Shown here one piece after another: positions 1 to 8,987 of a DNA stretch of 64,000 nucleotides (positions within the stretch are counted from its first letter, which is position 1; the number at the start of each line of letters is the position of its first letter). The position numbers and the translations under genes are program-made. The notes beneath the pieces are model-generated. The model was not told the origin of the DNA. It did not search any database and saw only the letters and a program-made list of their open reading frames with translations. Source of the DNA: Candidatus Aenigmatarchaeota archaeon (GTDB taxonomy: Archaea; Aenigmatarchaeota; Aenigmatarchaeia; PWEA01); assembly GCA_046539325.1 (NCBI GenBank), contig JBKHHD010000004.1, forward strand, positions 16,549 through 80,548, in the 5' to 3' direction.

Positions 1-1059
1 TGTCTCGGAACTTCTTACCTCTGCAAGAAGATTGGAAAAACCTTGGAGCTTGATGAGAAAGAGAGGAAGCTTCTGGAGGCCGCTGGCATGTTACACGATA
101 TAGGACACCCACCTTTCAGTCACACAGTGGAGAAGGTAATGGAAAAGGACCACATGGAAGCTACGAAGGAACTGATACTTGGCGAGAAAGTTCTGGATCT
201 ATCTGGAGCTGGCAAAATCCCAGAAGTTCTTAAAAAACACGGCCTTGATCCGAAGAGGGTTGCGGATCTTGTTACAGGAGACTTCAAAGGTAAGAAATAC
301 CTTGCTGACATAATCAGCTCTCAGATGGACGCGGATCAGCTTGATTACTTGGTGAGGGATGCACATCACACGGGCGTATCATACGGGTCTATAGAGACTG
401 ACTGGATAATAAATGTGATGGAGATAAATGACGAGAGGCTTACTTACAGGGAGAAAGGAATCGATGCTCTTGAAGACTGCATAATTGCAAGGGACCACAT
501 GTATTCCAGCGTCTACTCTCATAAAACTTCATGTATAGCTGAGAAGATGCTTCTGAGGGCGGTAGAAAGACACCTCAAATCCAATGACCAGAAAGGTGAA
601 GATATCTTCTGGATGACCGACGGTGAGCTCATGCAAGTTCTTTCCAACACAAATGCGTTTTCAAAAGAAATGGTAAGCAGGATAAAAAACAGGGACCTCT
701 ACAAGCAAGCCTACGCATTGAAGGATACGGAAGTATCTGAAGACAGTAGGATTGAAAGGATTTCAAACGGGTCGGAGGAGGAAATAGAGGGAAGAATAGC
801 TGAACTAGCAGATGTAAATGAAGACTCTGTAATAGTTCATAAAGAAAGGGAAGTTACCAAGGAGCTTGAACCGAGACTGAGGGAGTTTGACATAAGGATA
901 ACCTTGGACAGCGGTGAAGTTGTTCCGCTGGAAGAGGTATCGAGGACCGTAAGTTCGTTGAGGAAGAAAGAGCCTGTGAGGAATCTTCTGTCCGTGTACA
1001 CACCCGAAGAACATAGATCAAGGGTTGGAGAAAAGGCCAAAGGGTACTTCGGACTCTGA
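1..1059 (+). CDS. HD-domain phosphohydrolase (dGTPase/SAMHD1-like superfamily), 5' partial
   Basis: HD motif LHDIGHPPFSH and DQLDYLVRDAHHTG. The frame stays open back to nt 1, so the N-terminus lies outside the window. Confidence 0.7.
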   Translation, partial: CLGTSYLCKKIGKTLELDEKERKLLEAAGMLHDIGHPPFSHTVEKVMEKDHMEATKELILGEKVLDLSGAGKIPEVLKKHGLDPKRVADLVTGDFKGKKYLADIISSQMDADQLDYLVRDAHHTGVSYGSIETDWIINVMEINDERLTYREKGIDALEDCIIARDHMYSSVYSHKTSCIAEKMLLRAVERHLKSNDQKGEDIFWMTDGELMQVLSNTNAFSKEMVSRIKNRDLYKQAYALKDTEVSEDSRIERISNGSEEEIEGRIAELADVNEDSVIVHKEREVTKELEPRLREFDIRITLDSGEVVPLEEVSRTVSSLRKKEPVRNLLSVYTPEEHRSRVGEKAKGYFGL

Positions 1060-1061
1060 GT

Positions 1062-1538
1062 TTAGCTAAAAAGTTTACTTCTTATCTCATTAACTTTTTT
1101 CTCAGTAAGGCTGTCCTTTACGTCCTTCATTTTTAACATAAAATCCCTGAGGTCATCCAGATCTACGTTCACAGGCCTGTTCTTGAGATTGTACTGGTTC
1201 TCTATCCTTAGCTCCTTGCTCTTCTTTAATCTGCTGGAAATATCCTCCTCTAACAGGCCTTCATCTTCGAGAAACTGCACAGCTTCTATCGTACAGTCGT
1301 GTATTTCAGAGCTTATGCCTAGCCTTGCGAGTACTGCGGAGACACAGAAATATTCAATATAGTATTTTACAGTTGCTGTCCATATCCTGGAGCCGTTCTC
1401 CATGACCCGCTTCAAAACCCTAAGGCTCTCCTCAGCGTTCTGAAGGTAGTCTTCAGCTATGTTTTCACTGGGCTCAGCAAGCTGAAGTCCGTCCCTCTCG
1501 TTTTTACACCACTCCAAACTCGCCATACATTTCACCAA
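1062..1538 (-). CDS. HEPN-like / NTase-substrate-binding-like helical protein, partner of the upstream nucleotidyltransferase
   Basis: 158-aa helical protein. It overlaps the 3' end of the MNT gene by 35 nt on the same strand, the usual HEPN-MNT module layout. No canonical Rx4-6H motif was found, so the domain call is tentative. Confidence 0.35.
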   Translation of the reverse strand: MVKCMASLEWCKNERDGLQLAEPSENIAEDYLQNAEESLRVLKRVMENGSRIWTATVKYYIEYFCVSAVLARLGISSEIHDCTIEAVQFLEDEGLLEEDISSRLKKSKELRIENQYNLKNRPVNVDLDDLRDFMLKMKDVKDSLTEKKVNEIRSKLFS

Positions 1539-2094
1539 ACATAGTTACAAAATAGTCCGTTCCGTTCAGGATAATATGTTTCTTGTGCAGCTCCTTCTTA
1601 AATCTTCTGTCAAGTCCATCCCTATCCTTTACGTGTACTTTGTGCACAGGCAGATAGGTCTCACCGAACTCCTCAAGCCTCTTCCTGAGCTCATCGCTTT
1701 GTTTTCCTAGTATCAGAAGGTCGATATCCTCACCCTCCCTGTTGACTGCATAAGATCCGAATACCATGAATCTTGCTTCTGTCATGAACGGTAAAATTTT
1801 CTCGTAGAGCCTCTTCACCAATGTCTCCTCCTCTATGAACTCGTAGCTTCTGAGCTTTTCAGCAGTGGAAAGGTAATGAAGTATTAGCGAGAAGTCAGTG
1901 TTCAGCCTGTACTTCCTATGCTTGCCCTGGCCCTCAACGTTTAGAACGTTGTCGTTCACGAGCTCCTTTATATACTTCTTCAAAGTCTGATGAGGCCTGT
2001 CCAATTCCTTTTCAAAGTTTGCAAGAATAAGGCTTCTCGTGTAGTCATCCAAGTAAGGGAATAAAACTTTCCATTTAGTAAGTTTTATTACCAT
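1504..2094 (-). CDS. wHTH-fused minimal nucleotidyltransferase (MNT)
   Basis: Pol-beta NTase signature FGSYAVNREGEDIDLLIL ([GS]x9-13Dx[DE]). The N-terminal ~90 aa look like a winged-helix domain. Confidence 0.6.
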   Translation of the reverse strand: MVIKLTKWKVLFPYLDDYTRSLILANFEKELDRPHQTLKKYIKELVNDNVLNVEGQGKHRKYRLNTDFSLILHYLSTAEKLRSYEFIEEETLVKRLYEKILPFMTEARFMVFGSYAVNREGEDIDLLILGKQSDELRKRLEEFGETYLPVHKVHVKDRDGLDRRFKKELHKKHIILNGTDYFVTMFGEMYGEFGVV

Positions 2095-2116
2095 ATTGTA
2101 TATAATAATACTAATG

Positions 2117-2590
2117 CTATTTAAAATTTAGGTCATCAAGGAAATCTTCGATTATTTTTGCCTTTTCTTCTCTTTTTGTTCCGAGACAGGCCTCTTTCTC
2201 GGCTTTTAGTTCTAGACATGGAACTCTGTATCCGTTTAATTCTACAGGAATGGCTCTACCTGAATCAACCTTACTGTAGTATATATCATCCTCAGCCCCG
2301 CCTAGTACATGGGCCTCTACACCCTCAACATTAAGCTTCATCTCGTAGTAGTCAGGTTTGCCTTTTTCTGATGCTTCCCTTCTCTTAATATCCTTATCCA
2401 CGTATTCCTTGAAGGTGTTCTGTACCTTTTTTATGCCTTCGTAGCTCGTCGAAATGTCGAGGTCATCTGGTTCGAGGTCAATTCCCTGTAAGACCATATT
2501 TGTACTACCAACAACGGCCCAGTTCAGATCTCTACCATCTAGCCTCGAAGCTACTTTTTTCAAAGCCTCTTCAAACTTCTCATTGAGCAT
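2117..2590 (-). CDS. nucleotidyltransferase-fold protein
   Basis: AVVGSTNMVLQGIDLEPDDLDI matches the GS...DxD NTase motif. It is the third NTase-system gene in a row. Confidence 0.5.
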   Translation of the reverse strand: MLNEKFEEALKKVASRLDGRDLNWAVVGSTNMVLQGIDLEPDDLDISTSYEGIKKVQNTFKEYVDKDIKRREASEKGKPDYYEMKLNVEGVEAHVLGGAEDDIYYSKVDSGRAIPVELNGYRVPCLELKAEKEACLGTKREEKAKIIEDFLDDLNFK

Positions 2591-2660
2591 GGCAAAACTT
2601 TATCACCAAGATTTAAATTAGAGGTGGTGGATTCCATTAAGCGATGCCAGGAACTTACTT

Positions 2661-3641
2661 CTATCTTCTTCTTAATACAAAAACTTCCCTGGCCAGGTCG
2701 CCATGAACCTTTTCCCTGAACTTCCTTGTTATCTCAAAGAAGTTTTCACTATCTTCTAAAATTTTCTCAAACTCCAATCTTTCAGGAGCTCCTATAACGC
2801 ATCTTTTACCCTGTTTGAGAACTTTTTCTATTTCAGGGATAGCTTCCATATAGAGCTTTCTTACCTTCTCGCCGCCTACCTTTGCTGATCTCCCGTAAGG
2901 TGGGTCTGTGACAACTGCGTCGAACTTTCTATCCCATCTTCCCTCCAGTTCCTGGACCTTGCATCTTTTCATCTCGCCTCCAAGGCCGTAATAGTCCAGG
3001 TTTATCTCGCTTCCAGAAACCATCTCGCCTTCTGAGTCGGAGCCGTAGACCTTGCAACCTGCGAGAGCTCCCTCTACCAGAATTCCACCTGTCCCACAAA
3101 AGGGATCCAGCAGGCTTTCACCCTTCTCAACTCCGGACAGGTTTACCCAACACCTTGCTTCTCGTGGTTGAAGTGAAACAGGCCTTGAAAAGGGCTTAAG
3201 GGCAGGTTTTCTCTTGGTAAACTCCGCTGGCTCAAACCTGTGCAGAAGTTTTCCTGTATATATCCTTGTTCCTCTCATAAGGAAGTAGAAGGTTGTGTCA
3301 GGTTCGTCAAGATCAACTGTGTCAATGCTCGGATTTAGCTCCTCGAGGATTTCTTCTTTCTTCCCTTTGAAGTCAGCTTCGAAGTCCAGATTCTTGAATC
3401 GCGCCGCGAACTTTCCCTGGATGTGCTCGGAAGGATTAAATGGCAAGGTTTCGTTCATGTGAAAGCTACCCAAGAACTCAAGGACTAGATGCGAGAAGCC
3501 AAGCCCATCAAGCCTGTTTACATCTTCAGTTTTCCCGACTACTATTCTTCCATCCCTTTGTCTTATATCAACACCAAGGGCACGCAGTTCTTCGTAGGGC
3601 ATTTCTTCATGGAAGCCGCCTGTAAGAACTAGAATCTTCAT
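2661..3641 (-). CDS. trm11: tRNA (guanine10-N2)-methyltransferase Trm11/TrmG10 (THUMP + class I methyltransferase)
   Basis: SAM motif DPFCGTGGILVEGA and catalytic DPPYG. Length and N-terminal region are consistent with a THUMP domain. Confidence 0.7.
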   Translation of the reverse strand: MKILVLTGGFHEEMPYEELRALGVDIRQRDGRIVVGKTEDVNRLDGLGFSHLVLEFLGSFHMNETLPFNPSEHIQGKFAARFKNLDFEADFKGKKEEILEELNPSIDTVDLDEPDTTFYFLMRGTRIYTGKLLHRFEPAEFTKRKPALKPFSRPVSLQPREARCWVNLSGVEKGESLLDPFCGTGGILVEGALAGCKVYGSDSEGEMVSGSEINLDYYGLGGEMKRCKVQELEGRWDRKFDAVVTDPPYGRSAKVGGEKVRKLYMEAIPEIEKVLKQGKRCVIGAPERLEFEKILEDSENFFEITRKFREKVHGDLAREVFVLRRR

Positions 3642-3647
3642 GCTACC

Positions 3648-5327
3648 CTACATCTCTTCTAGCTTCGGAATATTGAGAAGGTCCAATCCATTTCCTAGAA
3701 CCTGTCTGAAGGCCTTGACTATTTCTATCCTTCTCGCCTCGTGCTCCGAGTCCTTTACCCTACATTCGTGGTAGAACTCGTTGAAAAGCTCGCAGAGCTC
3801 GTTGAGGTAGACCGCAATCCTATGGGGCTCGTACTTGTCCGCAGCCTGGAAAACAGGCTCGTGGAACCTTCCAAGCTTCTTCACCAGCTTGAACTCAACC
3901 TCCTCCATGTCATTGAAGTCTGCTTTCCGGGTTTCATCTACTTCGTCGAGAATTCCACAGGCCCTGCTGTAGGAGTACTGGAGATAAGGTCCGGAAGAGC
4001 CTTCGAAGTTCAATGCTTCTTCCCAGGAGAACTTTATGCTTGTCGTCCTCCTCTTCGAGAGGTCGAAGTACTTGAGGGCGCCGACACCAACCCTTTCGGC
4101 CACATTCTCCTTGTTTTCCAGACTTGGATTCTTTTCCGCGATAGCTTCCATTGCCTTTTCCTTAGCTTTGTCTAAAACGTCCTCTAGAAGTATAACGTTA
4201 CCAGTGCGCGTGGATAAGCTGCCTTCAGGGAGAGACATCATCCCAAACTTTACGTGGACGAGTTCATTCTTGTTCGCGTATCCCATTTTATCTGCTGCCT
4301 CAAAGGCTTTCTTGAAATGTCTCTCCTGTGGTTGACCCACGACGTAAAGTGCTTTGTCAAAGCCATATTCCTCCTTTCGGTACTTTATCTGTGCAAGCTC
4401 CCTGGTGCTGTATAGAGTCCCACCGTCACTCCTCTGTATCAAATAAGGCGTATCATCGTCGTCGCTTTCTATTATTATGGAGCCGTCTTCGTCCTTCTTT
4501 GCAACACCTTTATCCAACGCCTCCTGTATAACGTCTCTGGTCTTATTCCTGTAGAACCTTTCGCCCTTCCACGAATCAAAGGTTATGTTCAAACGCGAAT
4601 AGGTCTTCTTCAGACCTTTCTTCGTGTGTTTAGTAAACTTTTCCCATAGCCTTTCCGCCTCTTCATCACCTCCCTCCAGCCTCTTACTCCACTGTCTTGC
4701 TTCCTCTTCAAGTTCTTCATGTTTTTCAGCAACCTTATGGAACTTCACGTATAGGTCAAGAAGATAACCAACAGGATCCTCCTCAAGTTTTTCCTCATCT
4801 CCCCATTCTTTGTACGCGTGTATCAGCTTTCCAAACTGTGTTCCCATATCGCCAAGGTGGTTTATACCCACACAGTCGTAGCCAGCAAACTCCAGTATCC
4901 TTGAAATGGAGTCGCCTATTATAGTAGAACGTAAATGACCTATATGCATCGGCTTGCCGACGTTTGGAGAGGAGTAGTCAAGTACGACCGTTTTATCTTT
5001 TCCAAAATCATAGCTTCCGTAACTGTCACCTTCCTTGCTTATTTTTTCCAGAAGCTTTTCCGTGTAGTTAGCCCTGTCGAGAAAGAAGTTTATGAAGCCC
5101 TGTCCCGCAGCCTCAATCTCCCCCACCTCTTCCGGTTTTTTCTTGTTCAGTTTATCTACGGTTTCTTCTGCGAGCTTGTAAGGCTCTCTACCTTCCTGGT
5201 TGGTTTGTCTGAGACAGGCGTTGGTTGCGTAGTCACCGTGCTCCATGCTGTCAGGAACTTCAACCCTTACTTCGACGTCCAGAAGTGACTCTAACTCTTC
5301 TTTTATCCTTTCTTCGAGCTCTCTCAT
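3648..5327 (-). CDS. argS: arginyl-tRNA synthetase
   Basis: Class I HIGH motif PNVGKPMHIGHLRS, an ArgRS-like N-terminal add-on domain, 559 aa. Confidence 0.9.
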   Translation of the reverse strand: MRELEERIKEELESLLDVEVRVEVPDSMEHGDYATNACLRQTNQEGREPYKLAEETVDKLNKKKPEEVGEIEAAGQGFINFFLDRANYTEKLLEKISKEGDSYGSYDFGKDKTVVLDYSSPNVGKPMHIGHLRSTIIGDSISRILEFAGYDCVGINHLGDMGTQFGKLIHAYKEWGDEEKLEEDPVGYLLDLYVKFHKVAEKHEELEEEARQWSKRLEGGDEEAERLWEKFTKHTKKGLKKTYSRLNITFDSWKGERFYRNKTRDVIQEALDKGVAKKDEDGSIIIESDDDDTPYLIQRSDGGTLYSTRELAQIKYRKEEYGFDKALYVVGQPQERHFKKAFEAADKMGYANKNELVHVKFGMMSLPEGSLSTRTGNVILLEDVLDKAKEKAMEAIAEKNPSLENKENVAERVGVGALKYFDLSKRRTTSIKFSWEEALNFEGSSGPYLQYSYSRACGILDEVDETRKADFNDMEEVEFKLVKKLGRFHEPVFQAADKYEPHRIAVYLNELCELFNEFYHECRVKDSEHEARRIEIVKAFRQVLGNGLDLLNIPKLEEM

Positions 5328-5332
5328 GTTAC

Positions 5333-6775
5333 CTATGCCAGGTCCTTGTCAAAGTACTCAGCCATCTTCTTCCTAAGACCTTCCTTTTCCCTGAAGATGT
5401 GCACGGAATGGTCTCCTGTCGCTATCGTTAAGCCTTCGCTGACCTTCTCGGCCAGATGCCTTGGAACTCCTTCTTCCTGGAGCGTGTTCGCATCGTCATG
5501 TAGTAGATCCTTTACAAAATCCAAGGCTGTGGTCCATTCTCTGAAGTACTCCGCGTACCACTGTTCATCCTTGACGAGGAGGTTGTGCTCACCGCCGTAT
5601 TTCTCTATGAACTTCTTTGAGTTCCTTTTGTCAAATATGGGCGGACCTTCTCTTTTATCAATTCTGGGAAGTTCGTCGACCTCCAGCTCAAGTATCAGTA
5701 CGCAGGTTTCGTTGTCGCTCCACACGTCCTTCCTCAAAACCTCGAAGCCTTCGTCGTCGAGTATCTCCTCAATTCTTCTGTTCATCTTTTGCATCTGCGG
5801 GTAAAGAACGTCGTCGTGTATGTCCGGCGCTTCGAACTTTATCAGCATGAAGTCCGTTCCTCTTCTGTCTATCTCTTGCTGAAGCTCGCGCAAGGAAAGT
5901 GCCTCATATTTTTTTCCGAAGAACTTGTCGATGCTCGGATCCTCGACGAACTCCTTCACCTTCTTCTTGAAAAGGAAGAAGTTTTCATACGATAAAACAG
6001 AAGCAACGTTCCTGTCCTTGTCCACGGGGTCCACGACTATAAGTACGTCTCCTTCGAACTTATCCCGCTTGAGGTAGTCTTCGGACTTGAAGTGGCTTTC
6101 AGGATCTATAACCTTGCCTGGATACCAGTCCTTTACCTCCTTCAGTACTTCGTCGAAGCTTCCGTACTCCGCGATAAGAATCTCACATAGGTAGCCGGAG
6201 AATCCCTTCGTTTTGAGGTCGCTTCCATAAAGGCCATGCTCCTTCGTGAACTTTTTCAGAAGTCTTACATGATCCCTTTGTTCCTCGTCCAGGTTTTCCT
6301 CGACCCATTTCACATGCCAAGGGGTCCTATCTACGCTGCTCTTTATATCATCTGGATCAGTGTCATAAGCCGGCACTATATCAACTTCGTGGCCGTCGAC
6401 CTCGCCCTGAACGTACGGATGCTCGGCGTAGCCGACGCGCCATTCGCCACCTAACTCTTCAATTATTCTTTTACCAGCTTTCATGCCTTTCTCTTCTAAT
6501 TCCTCCATATCCAACTCTTCATCAAACAGTAGAAACATGTCTATATCCTTCTTACTTCTCAGCCAGGTATCCTTCGCTATGGACCCACAGAACAGCGGCT
6601 CGTACTCGTACTCTTCAGCATACTGCCTTGCAAATTCCCTCAGATTCTCACAGGTTTCTTTAAGGTCTTTAGTCTCGTCAAGCTCAGGCTTTATTTCGTC
6701 CAGTATATTTTCAAGCAGTTCTTGCATGATACCACAGATTATTTCTTTTGATTCAATAAAAAGTTTTATATGCAC
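5333..6775 (-). CDS. cca: archaeal CCA-adding enzyme (class I tRNA nucleotidyltransferase)
   Basis: GSIAKDTWLRSKKDIDMF NTase motif and archaeal CCA architecture. The true start may be the internal Met (MQELLENIL...). Confidence 0.85.
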   Translation of the reverse strand: MHIKLFIESKEIICGIMQELLENILDEIKPELDETKDLKETCENLREFARQYAEEYEYEPLFCGSIAKDTWLRSKKDIDMFLLFDEELDMEELEEKGMKAGKRIIEELGGEWRVGYAEHPYVQGEVDGHEVDIVPAYDTDPDDIKSSVDRTPWHVKWVEENLDEEQRDHVRLLKKFTKEHGLYGSDLKTKGFSGYLCEILIAEYGSFDEVLKEVKDWYPGKVIDPESHFKSEDYLKRDKFEGDVLIVVDPVDKDRNVASVLSYENFFLFKKKVKEFVEDPSIDKFFGKKYEALSLRELQQEIDRRGTDFMLIKFEAPDIHDDVLYPQMQKMNRRIEEILDDEGFEVLRKDVWSDNETCVLILELEVDELPRIDKREGPPIFDKRNSKKFIEKYGGEHNLLVKDEQWYAEYFREWTTALDFVKDLLHDDANTLQEEGVPRHLAEKVSEGLTIATGDHSVHIFREKEGLRKKMAEYFDKDLA

Positions 6776-6818
6776 TTTTTCGGTCCAATTTATTTAATAC
6801 AGACGCTACCTCCCATTT

Positions 6819-7565
6819 ATGGGCTTTAGAAGTGTTGAATGGGAAACTATAAATGTTTTGAGAACTATTGCTGTACGGATGAGACCAGAAGAACTTCAGT
6901 TCATTGAACTGGGTGATTCACTTCTTCAGAAGTCGGACTATTATAGAGGCTGGGGTGACGAGTACGAAAGCAATGTACCGAAGATAGAGCATTTCCAGGA
7001 GGAATCACAAAAATACATAAAAAAGCTTGATGAAAGGCTTTCGAAGCCTCCTTGGTTTGTTGATTCAAAATCCATCAGAGAGGATATAGCTAAGGAGCTT
7101 GTGGTGAAATCTGAATACAAGGATGCTTGGGAAACATACAGTCGTACAAAACGCTTCAACTTCCCGAAGTTCCTCAAAGATGTTCTTCCGTATATGAATA
7201 CTGATTGTGTCAAACGCCTCAAGCACGGTAAGTATCTCCGGAACATGGTGGACGGTATTATTGATAAATATGATACCAGGGTTTTGGAAATTGCTGGTGG
7301 AAGAGGTCCAAGTTACGCCGTCTTGAATCCTGATAAAACCGAAGAATTCTATACCGAGTCAATCTTAAAGGATCTGAGCAAGGAGTTAGATGGAGAGGAA
7401 TTGATAGATCTAACGAAGGACGAGGAGTTGATCAATGACGCGTTAGGCGAGCTTAAAGAAGATGAGTTGAAGGAAAAGGAGAGGATAGTCGCCCAGAAAA
7501 ATGCATATTCTATGCCTACAAGGCCTTCTGAACATAAAAGACCGTTTCAGGATTTTGAGATATAG
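6819..7565 (+). CDS. hypothetical protein
   Basis: 248-aa ORF with no recognisable motifs; coding-like composition. Confidence 0.45.
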   Translation: MGFRSVEWETINVLRTIAVRMRPEELQFIELGDSLLQKSDYYRGWGDEYESNVPKIEHFQEESQKYIKKLDERLSKPPWFVDSKSIREDIAKELVVKSEYKDAWETYSRTKRFNFPKFLKDVLPYMNTDCVKRLKHGKYLRNMVDGIIDKYDTRVLEIAGGRGPSYAVLNPDKTEEFYTESILKDLSKELDGEELIDLTKDEELINDALGELKEDELKEKERIVAQKNAYSMPTRPSEHKRPFQDFEI

Positions 7566-7793
7566 TTCTTTTTACGACATTTGACGAAAACTAACGAAAG
7601 TTTTATATAGCCATTGGAAGAATAGCTATACTGTATTAAATATAATCCACAATAGAAAAATTTTTATATAAACCCCGAATCACTCCTTGTCAGTAAAAAC
7701 ATCAACCCTAACTTTTATATGTCAGTAATACAAAGTTATAGTTGATTACTACCGAATAGTGAAAACGAATAAAATATAACAAAACTTGATAAC
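7566..7793 (+). promoter_or_regulatory. AT-rich tfb upstream region with a proximal TATA-like box and three upstream TTTATATA-type boxes
   Basis: The proximal box aataaaatataa at 7768-7779 lies about 20 nt before the ATG, consistent with a leaderless archaeal promoter. TTTATATA repeats at 7602, 7663 and 7714. Confidence 0.35.
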
Positions 7794-8753
7794 ATGTCAA
7801 ACCGTGAAAAGACCGCGAAAACACAGAAGATCTGCCCAGAATGCGGGTCTACAAACTTCGAGGAAAACGAATCAAGAGGAGAGCTAACCTGTTCTGAATG
7901 TGGTGAGGTTATAGAGGAATCGATGATCGATATGACGCAGGAATGGCGCGCATTCGACCAGGAGCAGAGATCTAATAGAGCGAGGACTGGTGCTCCGCTA
8001 ACTCCGACAAAGCACGATAAAGGTGTAACTACGAAGATAGGTAAGGGTCCTGGCGAGCTGTTCAAGGTAAATCCAAGCCAGAGGGCACAGTATTCCAGGT
8101 TGAAGAAATGGCAGTCCAGAATCGTAGAATCCAAGAACAGGAATCTTTCGTTCGCTCTTTCCGAACTCAAGAGATTGGTTTCATATCTGGGGCTTCCTAA
8201 CTCGGTTCACAAGGAGGTCGCAATACTGTACGAGAAAGCTGTCGACAAAGGCCTTGTAAGAGGCCGTTCCATGGAAGCTGTGGTTGCAGCTTTAATTTAC
8301 GCCGTAGCCAGGCAGCACAAGACGCCAAGGACCTTGGATGAAATAACAGAGGCTTCGGGTGTGGATAGAAGGGAAATCGGTAGAACTTACAGATACGTAT
8401 GCAGGGAACTCGGTATAAGAATACTGCCTTCACAGCCCGAGGACTACATACCGAGGTTCTCGACGATGCTAGGGCTTTCTGATGAAGCGCAGGCTAAGGC
8501 GTTGGACATACTTGAAAAGGCGAAGAGTCACGAGATAACTTCCGGTAAGGGCCCAGTGGGGGTGGCTGCGGCAGCTCTCTATATAGCCGCCGTTCTTACC
8601 GGCCAGAAGAAGACTCAGAGAGAGGTTGCGGATGTTGTTGACGCTACAGAAGTGACGATACGTAACAGGTACAAGGAAATTGTCGAAACGTTGGGGATAG
8701 AAGACGAAGTAGAGAAGAAGGTAAAGGAAGACGACAACGGCGAGGAAGATTAA
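7794..8753 (+). CDS. tfb: transcription initiation factor IIB (TFB)
   Basis: N-terminal Zn ribbon CPECGS...CSECG, two cyclin-fold repeats, acidic C-terminal tail. Confidence 0.9.
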   Translation: MSNREKTAKTQKICPECGSTNFEENESRGELTCSECGEVIEESMIDMTQEWRAFDQEQRSNRARTGAPLTPTKHDKGVTTKIGKGPGELFKVNPSQRAQYSRLKKWQSRIVESKNRNLSFALSELKRLVSYLGLPNSVHKEVAILYEKAVDKGLVRGRSMEAVVAALIYAVARQHKTPRTLDEITEASGVDRREIGRTYRYVCRELGIRILPSQPEDYIPRFSTMLGLSDEAQAKALDILEKAKSHEITSGKGPVGVAAAALYIAAVLTGQKKTQREVADVVDATEVTIRNRYKEIVETLGIEDEVEKKVKEDDNGEED

Positions 8754-8768
8754 AACCTGAAACAAAAA

Positions 8769-8987
8769 ATGGGGGTGTCCGAATTGAAAGACTTAAAGGA
8801 AACTGTCAAGGTCAAGAAGCCAACTGTGATTAGGGAAGGGGATACTGTAAAGGAGTGCTTCATGTACAAAGGGATGAAGGAGTGCTTTGAAGACAGGTGT
8901 TTTTGGAAGAAGAACGGTGAGTGTCCCATATCCAAGGCTCTGGACGAGGAACCTGAAGAAGACGAAGAAAAGGTTGAAGCGTGGTAG
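8769..8987 (+). CDS. small Cys4 protein with acidic tail, hypothetical
   Basis: 72 aa, four Cys (C-x9-C-x4-C-x7-C), 16 nt downstream of tfb on the same strand. Confidence 0.35.
   Translation: MGVSELKDLKETVKVKKPTVIREGDTVKECFMYKGMKECFEDRCFWKKNGECPISKALDEEPEEDEEKVEAW

Noticed and set aside
6483-6797. Ser-rich low-complexity ORFs (also 12672-12965, 45700-46227, 61398-61913, 63161-63688) listed in the track
   Set aside because: They run antisense or out of frame inside well-supported genes (cca, serS, the 224-aa ORF, NFACT, scpA). The poly-Ser/Leu content is what the reverse of E/K/D-rich coding sequence produces, so they are not independent genes.
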